A stretch of 64,000 nt of DNA, taken from NCBI GenBank assembly GCA_013239625.1, contig MU054323.1, forward strand, positions 18,680,819 to 18,744,818, read 5' to 3'. Shown piece after piece: positions 50,035-62,300 of this stretch (the first letter of the stretch is position 1; each line of letters starts with the position of its first letter). Position numbers and translations under genes: made by a program. Source of the stretch: Lama guanicoe (lineage: Eukaryota). Under the pieces are notes generated by a model that worked only from the letters and a program-made list of their open reading frames with translations, had not been told where the DNA came from and did not search any database.

Positions 50035-51700
50035 CAATTTGTTGGTATAAGCAATAAATCATACACAGAAAATATTTATAACACATATGCATATTTTAAA
50101 TGGTAGTACCAACATAAACACCTGTATACCTATGTACACAACTTAAGAAATAAAACATTGCCACTAAGACTTAAACCCTCCAATTCTCTCCCCAGTTCCG
50201 TTCCCTTTCTTCCTTCTCCTTCAGAGCAGATTTTGTGTTGTTAGCCCCTTGTTTTTCTTGTTTTCACCAAAAGTGTGTACATTCTAAAATACGTGTTTTG
50301 TTTTGTTTTGTTTTGTTTTTGTATCATGGCACTTTTTAAACTTGGTATGTGTACAGAGCCATATAGCATGGAAAGTCTAAGAGCTGCTGTTTTGCTCAGC
50401 TTTTCATGTATTAGATTCACCCACGTTGACTAGGGGAGACATAGTTCATTCACTTTTACTATTGTGTATATTCTATGCGTAAATATGTCATCATTTTTCT
50501 ATGTATTCTTCTGTTCATGGGCATTTGAGTTGTTTGCCATTTTTAACGACCATGAACAATGCTGCCTACGCATATTTTTGCAGGGGAGTGGTGGGAGGTG
50601 TTTCCCAAAGAACATATGTGCAAGTTCTCTGTGTTATAAACACACTGATTACTATTATAGTATTATTAAGGACTTCCATTTTCTTTTTTTGTCATTATTT
50701 TATACTATACATTTTTCTTGGAACATGGGTTTCTCCTGCTATTAATATCTGATTATAAACTGTCAGTTTTCATTTTCTTTTAACCTCTGCTGTTTCTGTG
50801 GTTATTCTCTTTTTCATGTCTAACATTCTTAGCTCATTTTTCAACATTTAATCTTTTCTAATGTAATCTGTTGTATGAAGTCTTTAAGTTTTCCTCACTG
50901 TACAGCTCTACATGCATACCATAAGTTTTGAGAAGTAATATTTTATTGATTATTTATAAAAGTTGGTCTATCAGCTAAATTAAAACAATTTTTTCGAGTG
51001 CATAGTTTCTTTTTTAAAAAAACATTTTCCTTATTTATATCTAACCCAACTTCATTGTTAGGAACGTGTTTCATATGGTTACTGGGGTTTGAAAATGTTG
51101 AGATTTGTGTTTATGTCTAGAATGTGACCGATATTTATTCATTTGCCTGCATGCCTGAAACAAAACATTTTCCAATTGTTTGCTGCAAGATTTTATGTGT
51201 CTATCAGATTGTGTTTGCTAACCATGTAGTTCAGATGTTATATATTCTTCCTGGTTTTTCTGTTTGCTTTGTCTATGATTACTGAGAGAAGTGTGATAAA
51301 ATCTCTAACCATGCTGTTGTATTTTAAAATTTATGATTGCAATTTAATATTTTGCAGCTTTACAGTTTTGAAATTATTTTTAATATGATTCTTATAACCC
51401 TCATATATCTCAGGAAAAAAATCATTCTGACAATTTTTGGTTTCACAGAAGACCGTGCTACATTAATTTGTTAGGATAATGATATTGGATTTTTGCTATC
51501 TTCTTATCTTTTCCTTTTATTTTTCTACTATTTGACTTCTTTTTTTCTCACCTATATATGCGTATTTTTTTGCTTGGCTGTGCTTTTCTTTTTATTTAAC
51601 TCAAATGTTCCCCTCTACTATTTTGGAAACTTAATACATCATTTTAATTTTTTTCATTATTTGTGCTAAGATTTTACATGCATAGATAATAACATTCAAT
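50035..51700 (-). mobile_element. Ancient L1M fragments (3'UTR ~50035-50600; ORF2 5' region ~50760-51700)
   Basis: ACTTAAGAAATAAAACATTGCC; TTACTGAGAGAAGTGTGATAAAATCTCTAACCATG. Confidence 0.6.
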
Positions 51701-51716
51701 ATTCAAAGTAGCTAAT

Positions 51717-52968
51717 CGTTGTTGAGAATTTTTGTTATGTTCATCAAAGATATTGGCTTGTAATTTTCTCTTTTGGCAGTGTCTTTGTCTGGTTTTGGCA
51801 CCAGGGTGATGGTGGCTTCATAGAATGTGTGCCCTCCTCTTCAATCTTTTGGAAAAGTTTGAGAAGGATTGGTATAAGGTTTTTTTTGTTTTTTTGTTTT
51901 TTGTATGTTTGGTAGAATTCCCTGGTGAAGCCATCTGGTACTGGACTTTTGTCACTTCTAGTGATCAGTCTGTTCACATTATCTATTTCTTCTTGATTCA
52001 GTTTTGGTAAACTGTATGCTTATCAAAAAATGGGCAAAAGACCTAAACAAACATTTCTCCAATGAAGACATACAAGTGACCAATAGGCACATGAAAAAAT
52101 GTTCAGTGTCACTAATTATTAGAGAAATACATATCAAAATTTCAATGAGATATCACCTCATATCAGTTCAAATGGCCATCATTAAAAAGTCCACAAATAA
52201 TAAATGCTGAAGAGGGTGTGGAGAAAAGGGAACCCTCCTACACTGTTGGTGGGAATATAGTTTGGTGTAGCCATTATGGAAAACAGTATGGAGATTCCTT
52301 TAAAAACTAAAAATAGATTTACCATATAATCCAGCAATCCCACTCCTGGGCTTATATCTGGAGGAAATGCTAACTTGAATAGATACATGCACCCCAATGT
52401 TCACAGCAGCACTGTATACAATAGCCAAGACATAGAAACCACCTAAATGTCTATTGACAGAAGATTGGATAAAGAAGTTATGGTATAATATATACAGTAA
52501 AATATCACTCAGCCATTAAAAAAAGAATTAAATTATGCTATTTGCAATTTGCAGCAGCATGAATGAACTTAGAGATTATCATACTAAGTGAAATAAGACA
52601 GAAAGAAAGAAAAACACCACATGATATTACTTATATGTGGAATCTTAAAAAAATGAGACAAATGAACTTATTTATAAAACAGAAACAGACCCACAGACAT
52701 AATAAACAAACTTGTGGTGACTAGTGGGGAAGAGGGGAGTGGAAAGATGAATTAGAAGTTTGGGATTAGCAGATACAAACTACTATATATAAAATAGATA
52801 AACAGCAAGGTCCTACTGTATAGCACAGGGAACTATATTCAATACCTTGTAATGGCCTATAATAAAAAAATATGAAAAGGAATATATATATATATATATA
52901 TAAACTGAATCACTATGCTGTACACCAGAAATTAACACATTATAAATCAACAATACTTCAATGACAAA
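51717..52968 (+). mobile_element. Camelid-type L1 with 5' inversion (51717-52018 inverted)
   Basis: Minus-strand ORF2 piece [17 protein letters not shown] joined to plus-strand [13 protein letters not shown] through the 3'UTR. Flanks AAAGTAGCTAAT (51705-51716) / AAAGTAGCAATT (52969-52980). Confidence 0.9.
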
Positions 52969-54295
52969 AAAGTAGCAATTATGCTCTACCAGAATTTTGA
53001 GAAATAAACTTATTTTTGTCTCTTAATTATTACATGTCTTCAGCATGGCTCTAACATGTCATTTTTCTATTCAGGTTTGTTGTTTCAGTCTGTTAACAAA
53101 GATTTCAGATTGATGAAATCCTCCAGCATGTTCTGTGAGTTGGTCTTAAATGTGTTCTCCTTAGCTGAAATAATTGAAAACCTGAGCCCATCATTTAATG
53201 CATTAAAAAAAAAAATCCGGATGAGAGGCAGTGTTGAACTCAGGGCAGAATAAAAATGGGCTGGCATTGAAGCCATTTTTTTTCCAAATAAACATTTATT
53301 TAGTATTTCAAATATAAAACAAATAGAAGTGTAGCTGCTCTGTATGAAGTAGCTCCCCTGTGGTGCTGGAGCTCCAGAGAAAATTATTTGAAAAATCACC
53401 CTCTTTAGCTCCTGTCATGAAAGTGTCTAATGTAGCAAAACTTTGAGCCTTCTGATTTTCTCCTGGTTTACTTGCTGTTCAATTAATTTCTAATTGATTG
53501 GTGATTAAAAGGAATGTTTCAAAATTTTGACCTGAAGGGTAGTGGTTGAAACCTTAGATTTTCTTTCTTGAAAATGGAAATTACATAGTTTTAAAAAACA
53601 GAGCTATCCTCAGAAATAACAATTCACCAAGAAGGAAAGAAAAAGAAAAAAAAACAGGAAGAAATAGTAAGCTAAGGGTGGAATGCTTGAAAGGAGGAAG
53701 ACTCTACTAGTTGTCAATTACAAAACGGTGAAATCGGACAGCACATCTGATTGCTGTTTATACCTGCTGGAAAAATGAGTAATCTGTGTTCTTTTACTAT
53801 TTTCTGCAATGCATTACTAGGCTTTCAGATTTCTTTGTCTTACTGAGAAGCACTTCTAACATCTCTTCAGTCTTACTTCTCTTGCACAAATTCTTGTTCC
53901 GATAAAGTGAATCAGTGGTTTCCCAACCCACCTTTGATCAGTTGACCCTGCACACTTGAGATGCCCTTTTCTCTCTCCATTCAAATTACTCCCACCCTTC
54001 AGGAACTTGCCCAAGTCCACTTTCTCCATACTAATCTTGCCTTCTTTGCATCCTTACATTTCCAGTTTGAATGAAAAAGGAGAGTACTTAATAACAGAGT
54101 GTCTTGTAAGGATTGTTACTGTATTCTTCACAGCAGAGAGTGCTCTTAACAGAGATGCTGATTACCAAAATTTCACTCTATGACCTAGGGGAAATTTTTG
54201 GAAAACATTGGCCTCAGTTTGTGTATCTGTCAAATGGGTTGGAAAGCAATCTTTATTTTTCATCCTCCTGTGATACTGTAAGACTCTCTATGCTT

Positions 54296-54317
54296 GTGTT
54301 TGTGTGTGTATATATAT

Positions 54318-54348
<31 letters not shown>

Positions 54349-54365
54349 CAGGGAGAGAGAGAGAG
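54296..54365. repeat. Compound (TG)n(TA)n(GA)n microsatellite
   Basis: Directly visible; sits at the tail position of the adjacent L1. Confidence 0.9.
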
Positions 54366-54367
54366 GC

Positions 54368-54705
54368 ATAGTTGATTTATAATATTATATAACTTTTAGG
54401 TGTACAATGTAATGATTCACAATTTTTAGAGGTCATATTCTATTTATAGTTATTATAAAATATTGGCTATATTTCCTGTGCTGTACAATGTATCCTTTAG
54501 CTTATTTATTTCATACATAGTAGTTTGTGCCTCTTAATCCCCTTCACCTATCTTTTCCATCGCCCCTTCCCTCTCCCTGTTAGTAACCGCTGGTTTGCTC
54601 TCTATATCTGTGAGTCTGTTTCTGCTTTGTTATATGCATTTTAAAAAAACTTTTGGTTTCACATAGAAATGATATCATGCAGCAGTTGTCTTTCTCTGTC
54701 TTATT
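54368..54705 (-). mobile_element. L1 3'UTR fragment
   Basis: CATAGTTGATTTATAATATTATATAACTTTTAGGTGTACAA...ATCTGTGAGTCTGTTTCTG. Confidence 0.85.
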
Positions 54706-55890
54706 TTTTATTGGATTGAAAATCTTTGAGATATGTTATCGTAACCTACTCTTTAAGATTCCCTTCTGTTCTATCCCCCTCTCCCATTTTTAGAACAAAG
54801 AAGAGCACTTGCAAATATCAAATATAACTAAGTGACACTGATATCACATTGGTTGAAATAAAATAGTTTCATCTGTTTAAGGTATTTATTTTGCATGAAC
54901 ATATACACATAAACGCTTTTGCTCAGTAACAGAGATCAAGCCCTACTGTACAGAGGATAATGACTAGATTTCAGGTCTATTTAGCTAAAGGATTTTCTTT
55001 GCTGAAATAACAAATACTGATATATGTATATGTATTTTTTCTGAATACTCTTGTTGCAGTCTAATTTATAGTAGAAACTTTAGGTAACTGTTTAAGCAGC
55101 TGAAATAAACAGAATGATAATGGAGTGAATAGATGGATGAATCCAGACCAGTAAATCCTCATCTAGAACAGACTGGACATCCCAGAGGTTTAGAAAGATC
55201 CCTTCAATGACTTCAAACTGAAATCATCGTTTCTGAAAGACCTTGAACAAGGTTGTAATGTGATGAGGTGTAGGTTATATCAATGTGATAAAAATCAGAA
55301 GATCATACAGCGTGTTCTTTCTCTAATCTTTTCCTGGCAGAGAATACGAATGCAACATGTACTATTTCTTCTCCGGAAAATCGTATGATGTACAGACTAA
55401 AATAACTATGACAACATCTAGAATAGCACCCCTTACTCATGATGAATGAATTAGTTTGGGCTTTCCATGGTTTAGTTTATTTTAATTTGAATGAAGTTTA
55501 ATTTGATCTGTCAATATAAAATACTGAGAAAGTATTATGAGGAATTTATCTGATACAGCTTTAGTCTCCTGATGACAGTGGGAAATACATAGCCACTGAA
55601 ATGTCAGAGCTCTTTGTAATTGTCTACTAGAGAGCTGGACTCTTGCTTACAGAAGGGCTGATAGTGGGGAGAGGGCTTTTTCTGGTGTTTGAAGCTTGAA
55701 GCTTTACTATACCACCTCCCCTCAGAGCATAGGCCTCTGAATTCCATGTACTGGATGTTGTCTGGGTGAGATGCTGGACTATTGTCAAATGTCAAATGTC
55801 AAGTAGGATGTTGTAAAGTTTGGTGATGAAATTCTGCTGCAGCACCCCCTAACTGGCACCCATCTTCGCTGATTCATTTCATAATATAGT

Positions 55891-55951
55891 ATAATTCACT
55901 TCATTTTCATATATAATTCATTTCATATATAATTCATTTCATATACAATTC
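55891..55951. repeat. Short 16-bp tandem repeat (ATAATTCATTTCATAT), ~3 imperfect copies
   Basis: ataattcacttcattttcatat ataattcatttcatat ataattcatttcatat acaattc. Confidence 0.8.
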
Positions 55952-55954
55952 TGC

Positions 55955-56100
55955 ACTAATTGTATGACTTGGGGAAAGCTGTTTAATTTTTATGTGCCTC
56001 AGTAACCTCTTTTTTCAGAGTGTTTTAACGGGGATAAAAATGAGATAATGAATGTAAATTGCCTTTAACAAGGCTGGGCATAAATAAGAAGTCAACAAAT
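55955..56100 (+). mobile_element. MIR SINE
   Basis: TGTATGACTTGGGGAAAGCTGTTTAATTTTTATGTGCCTCAGT...AAATGAGATAATGAATGTAAA. Confidence 0.75.
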
Positions 56101-57407
56101 TATACACATACATATTTTACTTTATATACATATATCATATATAGAGTGTTTATAAAAAGTTTGAACATTTTCAAAAAATATGGTACTCAGTAACAAAGTT
56201 AATTAGGAACACATAAATGTGTGGCAAAACCCAATTTTAAACACACTACCACAGTTATTTCCATAATCTTATAAATATGTGCCCTTTAAGTTATTGTTAC
56301 AAAGGCAGCATCAACCTTGTGGCTTATAATGTATGAGGGAGAGGTGACATGAAATCACATAGTGTCTGGAATCTGAGTGGCCACTATTCCCAAGGCAAGT
56401 TAACATATTTAATGTTTAGAACATATTGCTTCACAATACGGCAATGTGGAAGACATTCATTCGGGAAGAAACTGTGTGATAGAAATGAGATGGTCTCTTT
56501 CTACTAAAAAATGAAACTATCGGAGACTTCAGCGCATTAGGTCTAAGTATATTATCTTTGTCCCTGTGTCCTTTGAAAACTTTTAAAAAAGTAGAGCAAT
56601 GATTTAAGTGCAAAAAAGACATTAACTTTTTGCAAATCCCTTATGTGCTCTGTAGTCACAGAACCCAATTTAATAAATTCCATCAGAGGGATAGAGAAGA
56701 TTAGAATTCCAAAGGCGCCCCTATAGTTTGGTACCTACTACATGTCCACCTATAATATGAAGTCTGAGTAATACATTTTGAAAATAATTTAGAAATATAT
56801 AATGATAACCATTTAGTTCAGACTAAATAATTACCTGTTGTTCAAGGAGCATAGTTTTGAGATTTTCACTTTGTCTTTGAAAAACTAAGGAGAAGAAATA
56901 AAATCCATATAAATGGTGAAGGTATAGTGTGTAATTCTAACTTCTTGACCTAACCCTCAATCGTTGGGTAGAAATTTGGAAAGAAGGCCTACGTTGGCTA
57001 ATATGTGACTAGACCTCTCTAGGAGTCACAAATGAATTAGAGTGATGCTATATCATTGCCTTAAGGAAGGTCACAAAGAAGGGAGGTCATGTTTGAGATG
57101 AGGCATTTTCGACAAAGATAAGAAAAAACATGCTGAACTGGAAAGTTTGAAGATTCAAGGGGCAGTTGGCCACTTAGAAGTAGGGCCAGGGCATTGGGAG
57201 GAACTACACAGCTGCAAAAAGGTGTATTTTCCTGCCTGTCTCATACAATCTATTTAGAATCCAGGGACTACATAGCATAGGATAGCTATAGTTATTAATA
57301 CTGGTGCAGAAAGATGATCTCTCTCTTCCCTCTTTGCATTATTTGAAGAAGAAAAAATTATACTGAAACCCTAGTTCTATCTTTACACCCAAGGATTAAA
57401 CTTAAAT

Positions 57408-57924
57408 TGTAATAGAAAAGAGCAAATCTGATTCCATATTAGGTCTATTCCTTTAGCTCTAACCCTGTGCTGTTTCCTGTGCTTTGTCATGCTGGTTCTG
57501 CACCTTTTGTAAAAGAATGTTACCCATAGCCTGAAATAGACAGGGTAGACCACTCTCAAGACTCTAACCTTTAAGGGTATAATACTTTTCCATTCATATA
57601 GAGATAAAAAGTTGCAGAATAGAAAATAATATTTGTCTTGTTGGAAGTTTACAGGGACACCATGACCTGACCCACATGGGTAGCTGCAAGAACAAAGGAT
57701 TCCAACACCAAGAAGTTTTCAACAACCAACCACACCCCCTCCCCTTTTTAGTATGAAGGGTGCCTGAATTCTGACTTTGGGAAGATGGTTCTCCAGGACC
57801 TTAGTCTGCCACCACTTGATCTGCTGGCTTTCCGAATAAAGTCGTTATTCCTTGCCCCGACACCTTGTCTCCCGATGTATTGGCCCATCATGGAGTGAGC
57901 AGAATGAGTTTGGACTTGGTAACG
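57408..57924 (+). mobile_element. ERV1 solo LTR (MER41-like, artiodactyl type)
   Basis: TG start (TGTAATAGAAAAGAGCAAATCTGATTCCATATT), TATA-like TTTAGTATGAAGG, polyA signal CTTTCCGAATAAAGTC and end TTTGGACTTGGTAACG. No clear TSD. Confidence 0.75.
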
Positions 57925-59709
57925 ACAGTCACTTTTCTTTTTCTCCCCGAATTGTTTCGCTTGTTTTTTTTTTTTTTTAACTGTCTTCAACAGTTCCCAG
58001 GCTCCTAGTCACAATTCACATTTCATAGTGTTACTTTCACAGATTGTTAGTAAGAAGGAACTAAACTGGGATATTGGTCTTGCCCTGAGGGCTTGGTGAA
58101 GAATACATCTACCCTCTTTCTTGGTTCTGAGTCCCTCAGCCCTGCTGCTTTAGCTCCATTGTTTCTTATCACATCCCTGAAGCCAGTTTGCTGCCACTGT
58201 CTGAGTTGTACAGCAGTCCTTCAGATGCCTGTGAAAATGGAGATTTCTTCTCATGGATGGCAATGTTCACAATTGTATCTAAATAGCACTTGGAAGTTTG
58301 GTCTTAGTTTGTCTTCAAACCCTGCGTTACCATTTCAGTAACTGCCTCAAGCTCTGTATGTGAGATGTTTTGAACTTAGATTTGTCAGAATGTTCACATT
58401 TTTCTTTCCAGAATTTCTGAGTCCTTGGGAGACTGCTGTTCCTTTTCTCTCTTGGTCTACAGAATAGATTGTTGTTAGCTGCAGAGGGAGTTATAATTAT
58501 ATTAAGTGTTTAGTAGTATTCATTACACTCTTAGGCTCAGCATTTGTGGACTCTTCCTAGTGTCTGTTTCGTACTGTGGGACTATCAGATCAGTGCAGGC
58601 TAAGGGATTTCCTCCGTTATTGTCTTAATACTTTTTTATGTCTCATCTATCCCTTTTTACAGTTGGCTGACGACTTCTCTTTTCAGCCACGGATGAAATA
58701 GACATATATAGTTGTTTGCTGTGTCCCATTTAAGCTCTAACTTGTCCAGACTGTGATATCATCAGACACCAATAAAGGCTTAAAGTATTGATTGTTTTTG
58801 CTTATCTTTCCCAAAGGCAACTTTCTGACCAGAAAGGCAAAATTAAGAGGAAAAGATAAGGAAAAGACATTCTCTTCCAAGCTGCCTCTGACCCTCCCCT
58901 CCAGTTACTCTGAGTATATAAATCTTGTGCTTGCCATGTTACACCAAGAAGTACCTGTCCTATGAAGACGCTAGAGGTCTGAAGACATCAAAAAATGGAG
59001 GTCAATTTTGGTGTCATTTACCCCAGGAATATAAGGAAACCAATAGAGAACTGTAAGAGTAGAGGCCCGTTACTTTGATGCTGGGGGCTTGAGCTGGTCC
59101 AGGCTAAATGGAGTCTCTGCCCTGTAGAAACAGCTACTTAGAAGGAGGGAGCCACAAGGTAAACAATAGATTGGAAATGAGTAAAATGCCTGCTTCAAAT
59201 GGAAGTTCTAGATTTGTGCTACCATCTGCTGTGTCTTTTCCTTGGCTGTCCTTTAGCTTTGAGCAAATTCTTGGAATGACCTACTTTACTCCAATAGAGA
59301 TCCTAGTTTGAGTATATCTATCTCCCTAGACTTAGACTCACATACTTAGATATAAGGAAGAGGAATTGGAGGTCTGTGAGCAGAGCCAGTAGGAGTCAGT
59401 GAGCATGCACCAGGAGATGGTGATTTTCCAGAAGGAAATTGTTGTAGTGTAGCTTTCCCTCTCCATGTGGCATTTCGCTTCCAATGTGCACTTTGGAAGT
59501 TCTGGGGCTTGTTTTTATGAAGAAAAGAACATGAATTTGTAGGAGGACACACTTTTTTTTTTTAAATGAGAAAGAGGCCAGATTAGGAAGACTGAGGCAC
59601 AGAAGGATGAAATTGTAGCAGCCAGGTGAATTCTTTCAAGGAGGAATGCTATCTCAAAGTAAAACATTGACGGAGCATTCTGCTTACCAGCGTATTTAGA
59701 GAAATCGGC

Positions 59710-59784
59710 AAAAAAAAAAAAAAAAAAAAAATAGAAAAAAAAAAAAACCAACAAAAAAACCCAAAACAAACAAAAAAACCCAAA
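59710..59784. repeat. Long A-rich tract not attached to a recognisable retroelement
   Basis: A22, TAG, A13, then (C)AAAA-type decay. Confidence 0.85.
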
Positions 59785-60004
59785 TCAATATATGAAAGAG
59801 CAAACAAATGAATTGTTTTGTGGCATATATGTGTATTATTTTCACATCTTTACATAACTTCATCTCTTCTTAATAGCCCTGGAATTCTATTAATCAATTA
59901 TTTTAACATTAGACTAGATATAAACGGTGAGTAAAAAAAATTTTTTTTGCTTAATTTAAATTGATCTGAAGCCATACCCTAGAACACTTTTAAACAAATA
60001 TAAG

Positions 60005-60225
60005 AAATCATCATAATACAGTGGTTAAAAATTCTGACCCTTATGCCAGTTGGCCCTCTGCCCCCTGCCCTGCCCCATTTCCACTGCTTAATCACTGTCA
60101 TGCAGGTTATTTAAACCTCTGTGTTACGCTTTCCTTTAGTACTTATTTCACACATTAATAGAAGTAAATGGGTTAGGAAAATGCCAGGTATATGGTAAGG
60201 GCTCAATAAATGTTGGCTGATATAG
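60005..60225 (+). mobile_element. MIR SINE
   Basis: TACAGTGGTTAAAA...GCAGGTTATTTAAACCTCTGTG...ATGGTAAGGGCTCAATAAATGTTGGCT. Confidence 0.75.
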
Positions 60226-60559
60226 TTTTAATAGCAGTTTAATTTCATATCCTTATTTTTTCTCATATGTGTGACTTCATTGTGGCTCTTCAATAAAACT
60301 ATAGGCATAAATAATTGTCAGATAAAATGCTTAAAACAGTCACTCTCAAATCTTTCTGTACGATAAAGACATAAATTTAAATCAATACATTGTGTGTTAC
60401 TCCATGTGAAAGGGGGTGTATGAGGTTATTTGAAAAAAATACAGGCCTCAGGGACAATACACAGTTAGATGTCCCTTAGACCTCTCAGTTACAAGATGTC
60501 TACTTTTGGAATAGTTGGTAGTGAGTTTCAGCAAGATGCTGTTTGTTTAGAGAGATATA

Positions 60560-60670
60560 TACTAGAATGTAAAGTCTATGAATGAGGGATTCTTGTCTCC
60601 TTTTTCCACTGTCCTACACCAATGCCTAGAAAATTTCCTGGTACATAATGGGTGATTATTAAATATGTGC
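60560..60670 (+). mobile_element. L2 3' end
   Basis: ACTAGAATGTAAAGTCTATGAATGAGGGATTCTTGTCT...CAATGCCTAGAAAATTTCCTGGTACATAATGGGTG. Confidence 0.8.
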
Positions 60671-61139
60671 GATATCATTAAGACTGTGTACTGAAAAAAC
60701 CATCGGTGGTTTCCCATAAGAGGTTTCCCGTAAATCAAGGTCTTACAGGCAGATGCTTTGGCTGTTTTTGAAATCTGTTTCTCAAAGGGGCCACTCCCAA
60801 TATAGCACATTCCAGGTGGACACGCAGTGGGTGGCCATTGATTGGATAATAGTTAAGGAGTGAGGTTCCCAAAAGACACTATTTACAGATGATACAACTC
60901 TGAAGAATCTTTAGAAGAGCTTGGATTTTTTTAGAATTGTCATCTAGGAAAGGCAGAGAGACATTCTTAAATTCTAAGAAATAGAATGATAAAAGCAAGA
61001 TAATAGAGATATTTTGAGGTAGGAAAATATGAGTACCAAACAGGAAAAATAAAGTTTTTATGCCAAAAAAAGAAAGAACAATAAAAGTGGGGGTAGATAT
61101 TACAGTTATAGGGCATTTTTCTGTTGAATGACTGCCTTT

Positions 61140-61207
61140 CTTTTTTTTTTTGAATTACTGATTATTTACAATGTTGTGTTAGTTTCCAGTGTATAGCAAA
61201 GTGATTC

Positions 61208-61242
<35 letters not shown>

Positions 61243-61657
61243 CACTTACATATATATGTAATTAATATATATTTAATATATTATATGATTAATATTATTT
61301 ATATATTATATTAATTATATAATATTGTATAAACATATAAATACATTATGTAAATATATTACATATAAATATATATAATTTTCTATATATTAATTATATA
61401 TAACATATAATTTTTCAGATTCTTTTTCATTATAGGCTATTATAAGATATTGAGTATAGTTCCTTGCACTATACAGTAGGACCTTGCTGTTTATCTATTT
61501 TATATATGGTCATTAATATCTGCTAATCCCAAACTCCTAATTTATCCTTCCCTCATCCCACTTTCCCTTTTGATAACTATAAATTTGTTTTCTGTGTCTG
61601 AGTCTGTTTCTGTTTTGTCAGTAAGTTAAATTGTATTTTTTTTAGATTCCACATATA
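61140..61657 (-). mobile_element. Artiodactyl-type L1 3'UTR with internal (TG)n and AT-rich expansion (61210-61410)
   Basis: T-tail, TTTACAATGTTGTGTTAGTTTCCAGTGTATAGCAAAGTGATTCAG, ...TTAGATTCCACATATAA. Confidence 0.9.
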
Positions 61658-62163
61658 AAAATATTCAAAGTCTTCTCTGTTCTTTTAGATTATATTGATA
61701 TGTTCTAACTTAAAAGGACCCCAAATTGAAAATTTCTAAATAACAAAGCAAAAAAGGTACACAAAATTTGAGTATACTATGGCTATTTTCATTACTGAAG
61801 AACTTTTGTAATTGTCCATTAATAATTTTAAGCAGAACAGCTTCAAATTATACTGTTGAGGGATGAGTACCTTATAGTAAGGTCATTATTTGTGGGTCAG
61901 CTTTTAGAGGAATCGACTCTGAATCCCAACAGAGACTGACATATAGCAGCGACTCAATATAAACATTTTTAAATTATTCAATTTACTCTCTTAAGGAAAA
62001 GCATGGAGAGCTGTGAAAGAATAAACATAAATGAAGTTAAAGTTAAATATTCTTCAGTAACATCCATCAGTGGGACAGTGTTTTTCAATTTATATAAACA
62101 TTGGGTTTAGTGAAAAGAGCTATATTATATAATAGATGATACGCTGAGGTAACATGCCTGCCT

Positions 62164-62300
62164 GGGGTAGGGATGGTATAGTTTCATGGTAGAGCACATG
62201 CTTAGCGTGCACGGGGTCTTGGGTTCAATTCCCAGTATCTCCATTAACATAAATTAATAGATAAATAAACCTAATTAACCCCCCTTAAAAAAAGCCATTA
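62164..62300 (+). mobile_element. Vic-1-type camelid SINE with full 3' tail
   Basis: tRNA head with GGTTCAATTCC B-box and tail AAATAAACCTAATTAACCCCCC-An. Degenerate TSD AACATGCCTGCCT (62151-62163) / AAAATACCTGTCT (62301-62313). Confidence 0.88.

Noticed and set aside
61240..61410. AT-rich self-complementary stretch
   Set aside because: A degenerate (TA)n expansion at the usual microsatellite position of this L1 3'UTR; self-complementarity is trivial for this composition.
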